From Candidatus Poribacteria bacterium (GTDB lineage Bacteria; Poribacteria; WGA-4E; WGA-3G), in contig OZ240248.1 of the NCBI GenBank assembly GCA_965198235.1, forward strand, positions 128,001 through 192,000: 64,000 nucleotides of DNA, read 5' to 3'. This document shows positions 11,641 to 20,437 of this stretch, one piece after another (position 1 is the first letter of the stretch; the number at the start of each line of letters is the position of its first letter). A program made the translations under genes and the position numbers. Under the pieces are notes generated by a model. The model was given only the letters and a program-made list of their open reading frames with translations, was not told the DNA's origin and did no database searches.

Positions 11641-11988
11641 TTATGTTTGGCGTTGTTGCTGTTTGAATCTCTCAATTTCTGCTTCTACATCTGACAGAGA
11701 CTCGTTTTCGAGTTGCATGATGACACGCGCAGTCTCTTGCAAGAGGTCTTCACGTAACGCTTGATAATCGGTATCTGAGAGTTTTCCGGTTTCGTAATCT
11801 TCATCGAGATCTGTCAGTGCGGCGTAACTGCGCTCACGTTCCTGAAAAAGGGTTCGTCGTCGTTCCTCGATTACATCGTCGGACGTTGCAGCAAGTTGTG
11901 AACCTGTTTTCGAGAAAATTGGAAGTCCCAGATACACAAGGAGTGCAATTCCGAGAATTATCATCCATAGAAGCACGAGAAAAGACAT
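11641..11988 (-). CDS. CcmI N-terminal-like small membrane protein
   Basis: TM helix then ERERSYAALTDLDEDYETGKLSDTDY; follows ccmH. Confidence 0.65.
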   Translation of the reverse strand: MSFLVLLWMIILGIALLVYLGLPIFSKTGSQLAATSDDVIEERRRTLFQERERSYAALTDLDEDYETGKLSDTDYQALREDLLQETARVIMQLENESLSDVEAEIERFKQQQRQT

Positions 11989-12044
11989 GAAACACCCTTT
12001 CTGAAGTGCACGCGGGGCATCTATTCTGCCGAAAATCGCCGCGC

Positions 12045-12590
12045 TTAGTTTTGCCGTTTGTACCTTTCCAGTTCAGCTTCGACCTGTTTCACGGTTGTAT
12101 CGGAGACCTGTTGATTTGGTTCTTCAAGCCCATCACTTGTTGCTGCTTGCTGCTTTAACCTTCGAAGCACGGCGAAGGCAATGCCACCGATGAGGATAAG
12201 AATGACGGCGGGCATAATGTAGGCAAGTAAATTGATACCCTCTGCAGGCATGATAGCGTAAAACTGCGGTCCGAACGTGTCAAGGTAATTAGTGCGAATC
12301 TGCTCGACCGTTTGACCCGCCAGCAATCGGTTACGGAAATCTTTTTCAAGCATCACTGCCGTGTCGCACACACATACTTTAATCGTCTCTCGCTGACAAC
12401 CGCAGTAACAGTAAACTGTAGTCAGTAATTCCTCTAACTTAGACGCAACCGCTGTATCTTTTACGTCTTGCGTCTGCGCCTGCACGAGGACAATAAAACA
12501 ACATACCATGAAAAGTGCAACAATCGGCGCAAAGTTAAGAATTGCAGCGTTGTTGGAGATAGCAATGTGTTCAAATCTTCTTGTTTTCAT
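12045..12590 (-). CDS. ccmH: Cytochrome c biogenesis protein CcmH-like
   Basis: CYCGC..CVC, GQTVEQIRTNYLDTFGP, C-terminal TM; follows ccmF. Confidence 0.75.
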   Translation of the reverse strand: MKTRRFEHIAISNNAAILNFAPIVALFMVCCFIVLVQAQTQDVKDTAVASKLEELLTTVYCYCGCQRETIKVCVCDTAVMLEKDFRNRLLAGQTVEQIRTNYLDTFGPQFYAIMPAEGINLLAYIMPAVILILIGGIAFAVLRRLKQQAATSDGLEEPNQQVSDTTVKQVEAELERYKRQN

Positions 12591-12608
12591 AGTCTTGTCC
12601 TTCGCCTA

Positions 12609-14630
12609 TTAAGAGTCTTTACCGTGTTCAGCTTTTTCAACTATAGCGACAATTCCGCCCAGCACCATCACAGCAACGCCAATCCAGACAACACCAATGA
12701 GAGGATTATAATATGCTTGTACATTCACAACACCTCCTGTCTTAACGTCCGGTGGGATGCTGCCGAGAGCGATATAGAAGTCGTTCACACCGAAGTGGCG
12801 GATGGCAGATTCAATAGTATCCTGTTCTCCCTGTCCAGTCTTGTAATAGAAGTGGCGTGCTGGTTCCATCGTTCCTATCTGTTTCCCGTTCTTTGTGACA
12901 TCAAAAACAACGCCGGTTCGGCGATAGTTCGCAAATTCTTTCTCAAACGAGTCTTTCATTGTAAGTTGAAACTGGCCAACCTCCATTGATTCCCCGATTC
13001 TCAAACTCTTGGATTCAAGCAGAGAATAGCCTTTCGATCCCATAATGCCTATATAAAGGATAACGATGCCAATATGGATGATGTAACCGCCATATCGTCT
13101 CTTATTACGTTGGATGAGGAGATTCAAACCGTTGAGGAGGGAGGTCTTTTGCCGTTTCGCACGAAGTTTCGCACCACGATAAAATTCAGCAAAGATTGCG
13201 ACAACCACAAAGGTACCCACGGAAACACAGAGTACCGAATAGAGCGGGGAAGTCTCTTCTTTTATTAACGCGAGAAATCCCCATGTTAATGCGCCTCCGA
13301 CTAAACCGATAACAAGCGGTAACAAAAACATCCGCTGGAAGTTGTTAGCGGTAATCTTTTTCCATGAAATAATCGGACCGGCACCTGTGAGAAAAAGGAG
13401 CAGCAATCCCGGTATAATAACGACTTGATTGAAAAAGGCTTCAGGAACGGAGGATTTTTGACCGTTAATCGCCTCGGAAATAATCGGCCACAACGTGCCC
13501 CAGAGGATGATTAAGGTTAACCCGACGAGGAGCCAGTTATTCAGAATAAAAGCACTTTCGCGGGAAAGAAGGGATTCTAAACGATTCGCACTCTTAAGGC
13601 GTTTCCAGCGATAGATGATGAGTCCGATGACACCGGCTGTTGAGGCTAAAATGAAACCAAGGAAATATCCACCAATATCAGATTGTGCGAAGGCGTGCAC
13701 CGATGAAATGATTCCGCTACGCGTGATAAAGGTTCCCAAGAGTGTGAATTGGAACGCAAGCGTAATGAGAAGAATATTCCACAGCTTGAGCATATTCCGC
13801 TTCTCTTGAATCATCACGGAGTGTAGATAAGCGGTACCGAGGAGCCACGGCATAAAAGAAGCGTTTTCAACCGGATCCCATGCCCAGTAACCACCCCAGC
13901 CAAGCTCGCGATATGCCCAATTACCACCAAGCGTGATGCCAATGGTCAAAATGATCCATGAGAACAGCGTCCACCTGCGTGACCGAAGTATCCAGTCGCT
14001 TCCAACTCTACCGGAGGCAAGCGCACCCACTGCAAACGCGAACGGCACCGTTAGGCTAATCCAACCGATATATAACGTCGGCGGATGGAATGCCATGCTT
14101 GGGGTCTGCAGGAGTGGGTTCATACCGGCACCATCAGGTGCCATCTGTCCATTGGGGAATCGCGCAAGTGGGTTATAAACCCCTTCGATTAAGCCGGTGA
14201 CGAGCAGGATGAAGAAGAGTTGTATAATAGCGATAGGAATCAGAGCACAATCCGCGAGGGTATTATTCGTTTCTTTCTTCTGTCGGTGGTTTTGCCAGAC
14301 GACAATCACGCCTGCGACAGTGAGCAACCAGAGCCAGAATAAAAGAGATCCGGACATTCGTCCCCAGAGTGCTGTGATTTTATAGAGTAGCGGTTGCGCT
14401 GCGCTTGATACTTCAACAACGTAGCGCATTGAGAAATCGTCGGTGACAAAACCGTAGATGAGGGCACCAGTCGCGATACTGATAAGAATGAAGGTGGCAA
14501 TGACGGCGTTCCTACCACTTCGGATAGCACTCTGATTTCGCGTGCGTAGCCCGATGCAGAGGAAGCCAATCGCCCACAAGCCAGAGAGCACAGAGAGAAA
14601 TATAGCGGCTTGTCCAATTTCCGCAGTCAT
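12609..14630 (-). CDS. ccmF: Heme lyase CcmF/NrfE
   Basis: WAYRELGWGGYWAWDPVENASFMPW WWD domain, GMNPLLQ, FHPP, SVHAF. Confidence 0.97.
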   Translation of the reverse strand: MTAEIGQAAIFLSVLSGLWAIGFLCIGLRTRNQSAIRSGRNAVIATFILISIATGALIYGFVTDDFSMRYVVEVSSAAQPLLYKITALWGRMSGSLLFWLWLLTVAGVIVVWQNHRQKKETNNTLADCALIPIAIIQLFFILLVTGLIEGVYNPLARFPNGQMAPDGAGMNPLLQTPSMAFHPPTLYIGWISLTVPFAFAVGALASGRVGSDWILRSRRWTLFSWIILTIGITLGGNWAYRELGWGGYWAWDPVENASFMPWLLGTAYLHSVMIQEKRNMLKLWNILLITLAFQFTLLGTFITRSGIISSVHAFAQSDIGGYFLGFILASTAGVIGLIIYRWKRLKSANRLESLLSRESAFILNNWLLVGLTLIILWGTLWPIISEAINGQKSSVPEAFFNQVVIIPGLLLLFLTGAGPIISWKKITANNFQRMFLLPLVIGLVGGALTWGFLALIKEETSPLYSVLCVSVGTFVVVAIFAEFYRGAKLRAKRQKTSLLNGLNLLIQRNKRRYGGYIIHIGIVILYIGIMGSKGYSLLESKSLRIGESMEVGQFQLTMKDSFEKEFANYRRTGVVFDVTKNGKQIGTMEPARHFYYKTGQGEQDTIESAIRHFGVNDFYIALGSIPPDVKTGGVVNVQAYYNPLIGVVWIGVAVMVLGGIVAIVEKAEHGKDS

Positions 14631-14669
14631 TCGTTTTTGTACCTCCTTACTTTTGATAGCAAGTTCAGC

Positions 14670-14697
14670 CCCTTCCCAGTAACGGGTGGGGACCCTG
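14670..14697. repeat. 28-bp repeat shared (inverted) with 6120-6147
   Basis: 27 of 28 identical to the reverse complement of 6120-6147. Confidence 0.7.
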
Positions 14698-14757
14698 ACG
14701 TTGTAAACTGCGCCAAAAAGGTGTTGTTGAGCATATTGCTACAGTGTTGTGTATTTC

Positions 14758-15219
14758 TTATTCCGAGATGTACGAGGTCTCATTTGTGGGTGTGACACTC
14801 TCTGCTCCCTCGTATTTCGAGGCACACTTCGTCATGAGTTTAGATGCGACAATGAGGTTCTGCGTTGCATCGTATTTGCCTTCTACGAAAACGCTACCGC
14901 CATCTGTAAAATTATCCGGTTTAAGTCGATCCTTGTAAATCACGTTGACCGTTGCTCCAGTTTCGCGGTCGCCCACAGCAAAGGTGAGCTTAAAATTAGC
15001 GGCATCCCATTTGGAGCTGCCCTCTGCAATAAGCCCATCAACTTGGACCTGTTGATTGTTCATTCTATTTCCGTCTGTCACAAGCGAAGCTGGCGTGAAA
15101 TGCCGAACACTTGTCCTTTTAATCCCAGCTACCATTAAAAGTGCCATACCACATAATAAAATGACGCTCGCGGCAATCACTTTAAGCCTTCTCTGTTTTT
15201 TCACCTGGATATCCTCCAT
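14758..15219 (-). CDS. ccmE: Heme chaperone CcmE, CxxxY variant
   Basis: N-terminal TM, PDNFTDGGSVFVEG, TKCASKYE heme-binding motif. Confidence 0.9.
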   Translation of the reverse strand: MEDIQVKKQRRLKVIAASVILLCGMALLMVAGIKRTSVRHFTPASLVTDGNRMNNQQVQVDGLIAEGSSKWDAANFKLTFAVGDRETGATVNVIYKDRLKPDNFTDGGSVFVEGKYDATQNLIVASKLMTKCASKYEGAESVTPTNETSYISE

Positions 15220-15281
15220 TAATCAGAGTCAGTAGACGTGATTTTTCAATCGTACCGACGAGATGAACCCTTACTCTTTAA

Positions 15282-15319
15282 AATAATACTTGATTTTACA
15301 TGCAAAATCAAGTTAAAAT
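15282..15319. promoter_or_regulatory. Palindrome overlapping the putative ccmE promoter
   Basis: ACTTGATTTT-ACATGC-AAAATCAAGT (15288-15313); minus strand reads TTGATT-N17-TATTAT. Confidence 0.45.
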
Positions 15320-15920
15320 AGAATTTAATTTAGAGGACATGGAGAATTTTTAATAAAAAAGCAGTCAGGTTAGATGGTTCCTGCCGCTTGCAGGGATTTG
15401 TCTGTATCATCGCGATACATCTTGTTCGCATACACCATAGCCCTGAGGCTGATTGATATGAAAATTTCATAGTATTCACAGTAAACATTCCAGAGATGGT
15501 CTTTGTAACCCTCGCAGAACGTAGATGTGGCGTGGATTTATAGGCACTTAGAAGGCATTGCATTTTTCGGAGTTTACTGTGAAATTATAAAAATTGGGAC
15601 TCGATCCAACCATCGCAAAACGCAGGTATGGTGTGGGTTCATAGACTATCTGGAAGATTATCATTTTTTTAGCGTTACTGTGAAAGTATTGAAATGTATA
15701 TAAAATACTAACAAAACGAAACATTTTAAGGTTTTATATGACATTATTTAAGGGCAATCGTAAAGAATACACTCGTCAACCATGTTAATCACAAACTGAC
15801 ACGTATTAGTGGATTTGGGTAAACAGGTATTTCTCTGTATTCTTTGGAAGGGAAACGCATACCCCAAACTGCGAAAGAATCTGATTTTAGGGTGCTAACG
15901 CGTCTGAACTTTAATTATAG

Positions 15921-15973
15921 GAGGAGGCTTTTCTCCCTGCACTAAAGCACGGGGTTCCAGCCCAAAGATTTTG
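15921..15973 (-). mobile_element. IS200/IS605-family left-end remnant
   Basis: Minus strand TTCAT|CAAAATCTTTGGGCTGGAACCCCGTGCTTTAGTGCAGGGAGAAAAGCC: subterminal hairpin with the same CTTTAG core as the TnpB right end. Confidence 0.6.
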
Positions 15974-16915
15974 ATGAATTGGCAACATCACCCGTGGGCG
16001 GGTGTATTTCCGGCGACGCTCTGCCCCTTTCATGAAGATGAATCGATTGACGAAGCCGGATTGCGTCAGTATATGCAGGAACTCGCGAGTGTTCCGGGAA
16101 TAAAAGGAGTTGTCTGTAATGGACACACCGGCGAAATCATGTCCCTCCGCTTGCATGAACGACAACGCGTTACGCAGATTACCGCTGAAGCTGTTGGGGA
16201 TCGGGTTAAAGTCGTCTCAGGGATTAGCGCAGAAGGGAGTCTCCCAGCAATTGATAACGCACTCGCGGCGAAGGAAGCCGGGGCGGATGCCATCCTGTTG
16301 ATGCCCGCGCACCACTGGTTGCGTTTTGGAAGGACTCCTGAAACCGCAGTCGGTTACTTTCAAGATGTCGCCGAGGGCGCAGATATACCGATTATTGTTC
16401 ACCAGTACCCCGCATGGACAAAGGCAGGATATAGCCTTGAAGAGATGTTAGAAATGGTGAAGATCCCACAGGTTATTTGTATTAAAATGGGTACCCGTGA
16501 CATGGCGCGCTGGCGATGGGACTATGAGCAGTTGAAAGAAGCCGCACCGGATGTGCCTATTTTGACCTGTCATGATGAATATTTGCTTGCCTCCTTACTG
16601 GAAGGAAGCGATGGTGCGCTCATCGGGTTTGCAGGTTTTGTGCCCGAGTTGATGGTGGATGTCGTCCACGCCGCACTCAACAACGATCTCATCGGTGCAC
16701 GTAAGGCACGCAGTCAAGTAGACTCGTTGGCACGAATCGTCTATAACTTCGGTGAACCGAGCAGTGACGCACATCAGCGAATGAAATGCGCTCGCTGGTT
16801 GATGGGCAGATTCCCCTCAATGACGATGCGCCGACCCCTTCGTCAATTGTCCACAACCGAAGTGAATAAAATCCGAACGCGTCTTGAAGATACCGGTTAT
16901 CAGTGCGTTAATTAA
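15974..16915 (+). CDS. Dihydrodipicolinate synthase / N-acetylneuraminate lyase family aldolase
   Basis: GVFPATLCPF, NGHTGE, GADAILLMP, Schiff-base lysine in ICIKMG. Confidence 0.88.
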   Translation: MNWQHHPWAGVFPATLCPFHEDESIDEAGLRQYMQELASVPGIKGVVCNGHTGEIMSLRLHERQRVTQITAEAVGDRVKVVSGISAEGSLPAIDNALAAKEAGADAILLMPAHHWLRFGRTPETAVGYFQDVAEGADIPIIVHQYPAWTKAGYSLEEMLEMVKIPQVICIKMGTRDMARWRWDYEQLKEAAPDVPILTCHDEYLLASLLEGSDGALIGFAGFVPELMVDVVHAALNNDLIGARKARSQVDSLARIVYNFGEPSSDAHQRMKCARWLMGRFPSMTMRRPLRQLSTTEVNKIRTRLEDTGYQCVN

Positions 16916-16987
16916 GTTTCTTGGAAACCCGTTTACTGATAGGTGTTGTGTCTTGATGCAAGTTGTCCACGGAATTAGAGGAGCAGA

Positions 16988-18202
16988 ATGTCACGTCTAA
17001 AATACGCTTTGATCGGTCATGGCAGACGCGGTGCCGCGCATCTGTCAACAGCCGCTACATTAAAGGATACCTTTGATATAGTTGCCGTGTGTGATGCGCA
17101 CGCGGAATCCGCAGAGGCGGGCGCGGCGAAACTCGGTGTTAATGCCTATACCGATGTCCGGAAAATGATTGATGAAATATCGCCTGATGTCTGCGATGTC
17201 GTTGTGCCTGCGCCGCTACACCATATCGTTTCCTGTTACCTTTCCCGATGTGGCATCCCGCATAACGTAGAGACAGGGCTTGCCCCAACACTCGGTTTGA
17301 TGGATATGATGATAGCCGACGCTGCCGAAAATCGGGTAAAACTCCAAACGTCAGAAAATTTTCCTTTTGTCCCTGTGGAACAATTCGTCTGCAAGCTCAT
17401 CCAGGAAGGCGTGATTGGCAAGGTCCACAAGTGTTACCGACTCTTCTCCACAACCGGCTATCATGGACTCGCTGCAATACGGTGCCGTATGGATGCCGCC
17501 CCCAAATCGGTTAGCAGCATCGGGCATACGATGCTTGTTTCTCCCTATGTTGACAGGGCGAAACGGGATTACAATCGGGAAGGTCTTGAGTTTTATGCCG
17601 TAGATTTTGAGAATGGCGGAATCGGCATCGCCATGGTAGGCAATAAGAATGGATGCCTCGGACGGAATAAACTTGTCGGTTTCGAGACGTGTGGTGAGCG
17701 CGGCACGATTATCACCAACGGAAATCAAAGCGCATCGGGTGGCGAAACAGTTAACGTTTGCACAGATGAGGACCTCTCCGAGAATGGGGGAAGGGCGCAA
17801 ACATACGAATTCCAGCGGGAGTCGGGTGACGATGGGACGCTACGTCGTATCTTTGTAGAACTGCCGCCGTCATTAGGTGGGACTATTGAATGGGTGAACC
17901 CTTATCAACGGACAACTATCGCAGAGTCTGGCATTTCATTGGCGACCATGCTTGACGGTATCGCTCGCGCTATCCGGGAAGACACGCAGCCGCTATGGAC
18001 AGGCGAAATGGGCAGAGCCGATCAGGAGATGGTGATTGCCGCACATCGGTCAATCCAGATGAATCGACAGCCTATCGAACTTCCCCTTCAGCCTGATCCT
18101 GCTGAAGAAGACGCGTTCGACCGCGACTTTGAAGCCCAATTTGGTGTTCACCCACGTGAAAATATTGAAAAAGCGTTACAGGTTAATTTCAAAGCGCGTT
18201 AG
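16988..18202 (+). CDS. Gfo/Idh/MocA family oxidoreductase (divergent)
   Basis: ALIGHGRRG, VAVCD; EKP replaced by ETG. Confidence 0.8.
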   Translation: MSRLKYALIGHGRRGAAHLSTAATLKDTFDIVAVCDAHAESAEAGAAKLGVNAYTDVRKMIDEISPDVCDVVVPAPLHHIVSCYLSRCGIPHNVETGLAPTLGLMDMMIADAAENRVKLQTSENFPFVPVEQFVCKLIQEGVIGKVHKCYRLFSTTGYHGLAAIRCRMDAAPKSVSSIGHTMLVSPYVDRAKRDYNREGLEFYAVDFENGGIGIAMVGNKNGCLGRNKLVGFETCGERGTIITNGNQSASGGETVNVCTDEDLSENGGRAQTYEFQRESGDDGTLRRIFVELPPSLGGTIEWVNPYQRTTIAESGISLATMLDGIARAIREDTQPLWTGEMGRADQEMVIAAHRSIQMNRQPIELPLQPDPAEEDAFDRDFEAQFGVHPRENIEKALQVNFKAR

Positions 18203-18253
18203 CAGAAGTGAAATTGGCAATAAATAATTCTTAGATGTTTATAGAGGTAAGAG

Positions 18254-19228
18254 ATGAAAGAAATTAGAATTGGGTTTATCGGATGTGGCGGCAATGCGAA
18301 TGGGCACATGAACCAATTAGCCGGAATCGAAGGCGCAAGTGTTGTGGCTGTGTGCGATATTCAAGCTGAACGGGCGCAAAGCGCAGCCGAGAGACATAGT
18401 GCGGATCCCTATACCGCACATCAAGCCCTACTCGAACGTGATGACTTGGATGCCGTCTATCTGAGCCTCCCAGTTTTCGCCCATGGGCAGCCAGAACTTG
18501 ACGTTATTGCGCGAGGCTTACCCTTTCTCGTTGAGAAGCCCGTTGCCATCAGTATGGATATCGCCCGTGAGGTTGAAGCAGCGGTGGCGAGTGCTGGACT
18601 CATAACTTGTGTCGGTTATCAACTCCGTTACCTCGGTTCGACAAAAATAACGCAACAGATTCTGCAGGGAAGAACGATTAACATGGTCGTTGGTAAGTAC
18701 TGGTGCAGCACTGGACACGGTGACCCGAGCGCATGGCTCCGGCAGATGGGCAAATCCGGGGGTCAACTCGTCGAACAAGCGACACATACGATCGACATGA
18801 TGCGCTACATGGGCGGAGAAGTGGAAACTGTCTATGCCATGCAGGCGAACCGATTTCTCAAAGAGACGGATTGTCCTGATGCCAATAGTGTCGCTCTCCA
18901 GTTTGCGAGTGGTGCCGTCGGTTCGTTGACTGCTACTTGGGCTTACGCAGGTGACTGGTCGAACGCGAATATCCTGGATTTACTGTATGAGGGAGAGTTG
19001 TTGAATTGGAATCCATCAAGGGTCTTGGTACAGGAAAATGGCGAATGGGTGGATAAGACAGAGCCGAGCCCAACAATTGATGAGGTTTTCGTGGACGCAG
19101 TGCGAAACGGTGATGCCTCTTCAATCTTGAGTCCTTATAGTGATGCAGTCAAAACGCTTGCAATATCGCTGGCAGCAAACCAATCTGCGCAAGAAGACAG
19201 ACCTATAGCCATTTCGGAGATTTTGTAA
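18254..19228 (+). CDS. Gfo/Idh/MocA family oxidoreductase
   Basis: GFIGCGGNA, LVEKPVA, SGGQLVEQATHTID. Confidence 0.92.
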   Translation: MKEIRIGFIGCGGNANGHMNQLAGIEGASVVAVCDIQAERAQSAAERHSADPYTAHQALLERDDLDAVYLSLPVFAHGQPELDVIARGLPFLVEKPVAISMDIAREVEAAVASAGLITCVGYQLRYLGSTKITQQILQGRTINMVVGKYWCSTGHGDPSAWLRQMGKSGGQLVEQATHTIDMMRYMGGEVETVYAMQANRFLKETDCPDANSVALQFASGAVGSLTATWAYAGDWSNANILDLLYEGELLNWNPSRVLVQENGEWVDKTEPSPTIDEVFVDAVRNGDASSILSPYSDAVKTLAISLAANQSAQEDRPIAISEIL

Positions 19229-19264
19229 GGATGCCTTCCGAATTTGCTTTAAAAGGAGTTAATT

Positions 19265-20260
19265 ATGTCGCAAACTTCGTCGAAATACCGTGTAGCAATC
19301 GTTGGGTGTGGTGGTATCTCTAACGCGCATGGCAAGGCGTGGCGGAATCTACCAGAAATTGAAATTGTAGGGGCATGCGATGAGCAGTTTGAACCGCTCA
19401 AGCGTTTTGCTACCGAATATAACGTTCAGAATACCTACAACGACCTCCAACAGATGCTGGAGAAACAGCAACCCGATGTCTTAGTGATCGCAACGTGGCC
19501 CTCGAGCCATCTGAAAAATGTTCTGGAAGCAGTGCGGTGCGAAGTCAAAGGTATTCTTGTTGAGAAACCCATTGCGGTTAACACCACGCAACTGGAGCAG
19601 ATGATTCAGGTTACAGAACGCGCTGACATCCGATTAATGGAAGCCTTCATGTATCGACATCACCCCTTGACGCTCGCGGTGAAACAGAAAATTGAGGAAG
19701 GTGTAATCGGAGAGGTCCGCTATGCCCGTTCTACTTTTTCAACAGGACTCACAGACCGACGGAATTGGCGATTAAGAGGCGATCTCGGCGGGGGTGCCGT
19801 CATGGATTTAGGCTGTTATTGCATCAATATCATCCGTTATCTCGTTGGGCGAGAACCACAGTCGGTCTGGGCAACGGGCAAGTTTGAACCGATTAACAAC
19901 GTTTGGGAAACTCTGATCGGAACCTTGGATTTTGGCGATGGTATTACTGCGCAACTCGATTGTAGTTTCGGTTGGACGTGGCGCGAATCTTATGAGGTCG
20001 CTGGGACGGATGGCACCCTCTTTGTTCAGAGCGCGTGGGGCAACTCGGAAGGCGAATCTCATTTTATTGTAAACGGCGAAACTATTAGCGTTGCTAATGG
20101 TGTGAATCCTTATGCCGCTGAGATTTTGGATCTCTGTCGAGCAGTGGAGACGGGTGCACCAACTCACTTACCAATATCGGACGCACTTGGAAATATGCGG
20201 GTCATCGACGCACTACACGAATCGGCACACACAGGTCAGGGCATCAAGATCCCTGTGTAA
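19265..20260 (+). CDS. Gfo/Idh/MocA family oxidoreductase
   Basis: AIVGCGGIS, LVEKPIA, GGGAVMDLGCY. Confidence 0.92.
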   Translation: MSQTSSKYRVAIVGCGGISNAHGKAWRNLPEIEIVGACDEQFEPLKRFATEYNVQNTYNDLQQMLEKQQPDVLVIATWPSSHLKNVLEAVRCEVKGILVEKPIAVNTTQLEQMIQVTERADIRLMEAFMYRHHPLTLAVKQKIEEGVIGEVRYARSTFSTGLTDRRNWRLRGDLGGGAVMDLGCYCINIIRYLVGREPQSVWATGKFEPINNVWETLIGTLDFGDGITAQLDCSFGWTWRESYEVAGTDGTLFVQSAWGNSEGESHFIVNGETISVANGVNPYAAEILDLCRAVETGAPTHLPISDALGNMRVIDALHESAHTGQGIKIPV

Positions 20261-20437
20261 AGGCTTTAAATTGTCCTTGCCGCAATCGCTGCTTGAACGA
20301 TTGTTATCGGTTAGGATGTAAGGAGAGCGGCTTTTAGGACCGGACGGAGGGCGTCATTATCCCGAGTAATCGTTCAGTTTCACCAAAAACCCGATTGGCC
20401 TGTAAGGTCAATCGGTCCAGAAGTCCAATAGTTAAAA

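Noticed and set aside
15330-15563. 77-aa minus-strand ORF in the AT-rich spacer
   Set aside because: No recognisable motifs or convincing RBS.
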